Assembly (NCBI GenBank): GCA_963807605.1
Contig: CAWECG010000001.1
Location: 480,001 to 544,000 of the forward strand
DNA from: Candidatus Bathyarchaeota archaeon
GTDB lineage: Archaea > Thermoproteota > Bathyarchaeia > 40CM-2-53-6 > RBG-13-38-9
Direction of reading: 5' to 3'
DNA: 64,000 nucleotides
The position numbers and the translations under genes are program-made. Positions 63,842 through 64,000 of the stretch are shown here, piece after piece (positions within the stretch are counted from its first letter, which is position 1; each line of letters starts with the position of its first letter). The notes under the pieces are model-generated. The model searched no databases, was not told where the DNA came from, and worked only from the letters and a program-made list of their open reading frames with translations.

Positions 63842-64000
63842 ATGATGAAAAAGCAGCGGATGAAACAGTTAAAAACGAAAGAGAAGAGAAGGACAAGCCA
63901 AAAGCGTCTGCAAATCGCACTTGGAATCTTGTTCTTGGTGATATTATTGGGTGTTTACTTCTACACTTCAAGACCCAATATACTGGGTGTCAACATCCCG
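63842..64000 (+). CDS. Partial membrane protein running off the window
   Basis: MMKKQRMKQLK...IALGILFLVILLGVYFY, open to the window end. Confidence 0.5.
   Translation, partial: MMKKQRMKQLKTKEKRRTSQKRLQIALGILFLVILLGVYFYTSRPNILGVNIP

Overview
Archaeal chromosomal window of about 64 kb. A Bathyarchaeia/TACK-like origin is inferred from two tRNA genes that each carry two introns and from the gene content. Most of it is accessory metabolic and housekeeping genes: a 2-oxoacid dehydrogenase operon, cysK/metY, fumarate hydratase, mgsA, mgtA, ppsA and membrane glycosyltransferases, with many pseudogenes. Five structures stand out. (1) Three integrase-free DNA segments (6.7, 0.66 and 2.8 kb) are stacked in tandem in the 3' end of tRNA-Leu(UAG). 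Each is bounded by the same inverted termini (CGCACCAGTTTACCAGTA ... GTAAATTGGTGCG), and they are separated by an identical 14-bp duplication of tRNA sequence. This geometry resembles casposon insertion or a CRISPR array with kilobase cargo. (2) A tightly coupled operon encodes a Dna2/Cas4-like nuclease-helicase, Mre11 and Rad50, without HerA or NurA. (3) About 30 non-coding (GC)n palindromes sit at gene-truncation and deletion breakpoints and also form the target-site duplication of an IS. (4) A second family of imperfect palindromic repeats (CTCACCAAGGG/(CA)n, partly mimicking a tRNA T-arm) brackets single accessory genes at 38.4-45.6 kb. (5) A helically phased AAG(G)CTT array lies upstream of the nuclease operon. 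All product calls come from motif recognition only; no database searches were run.
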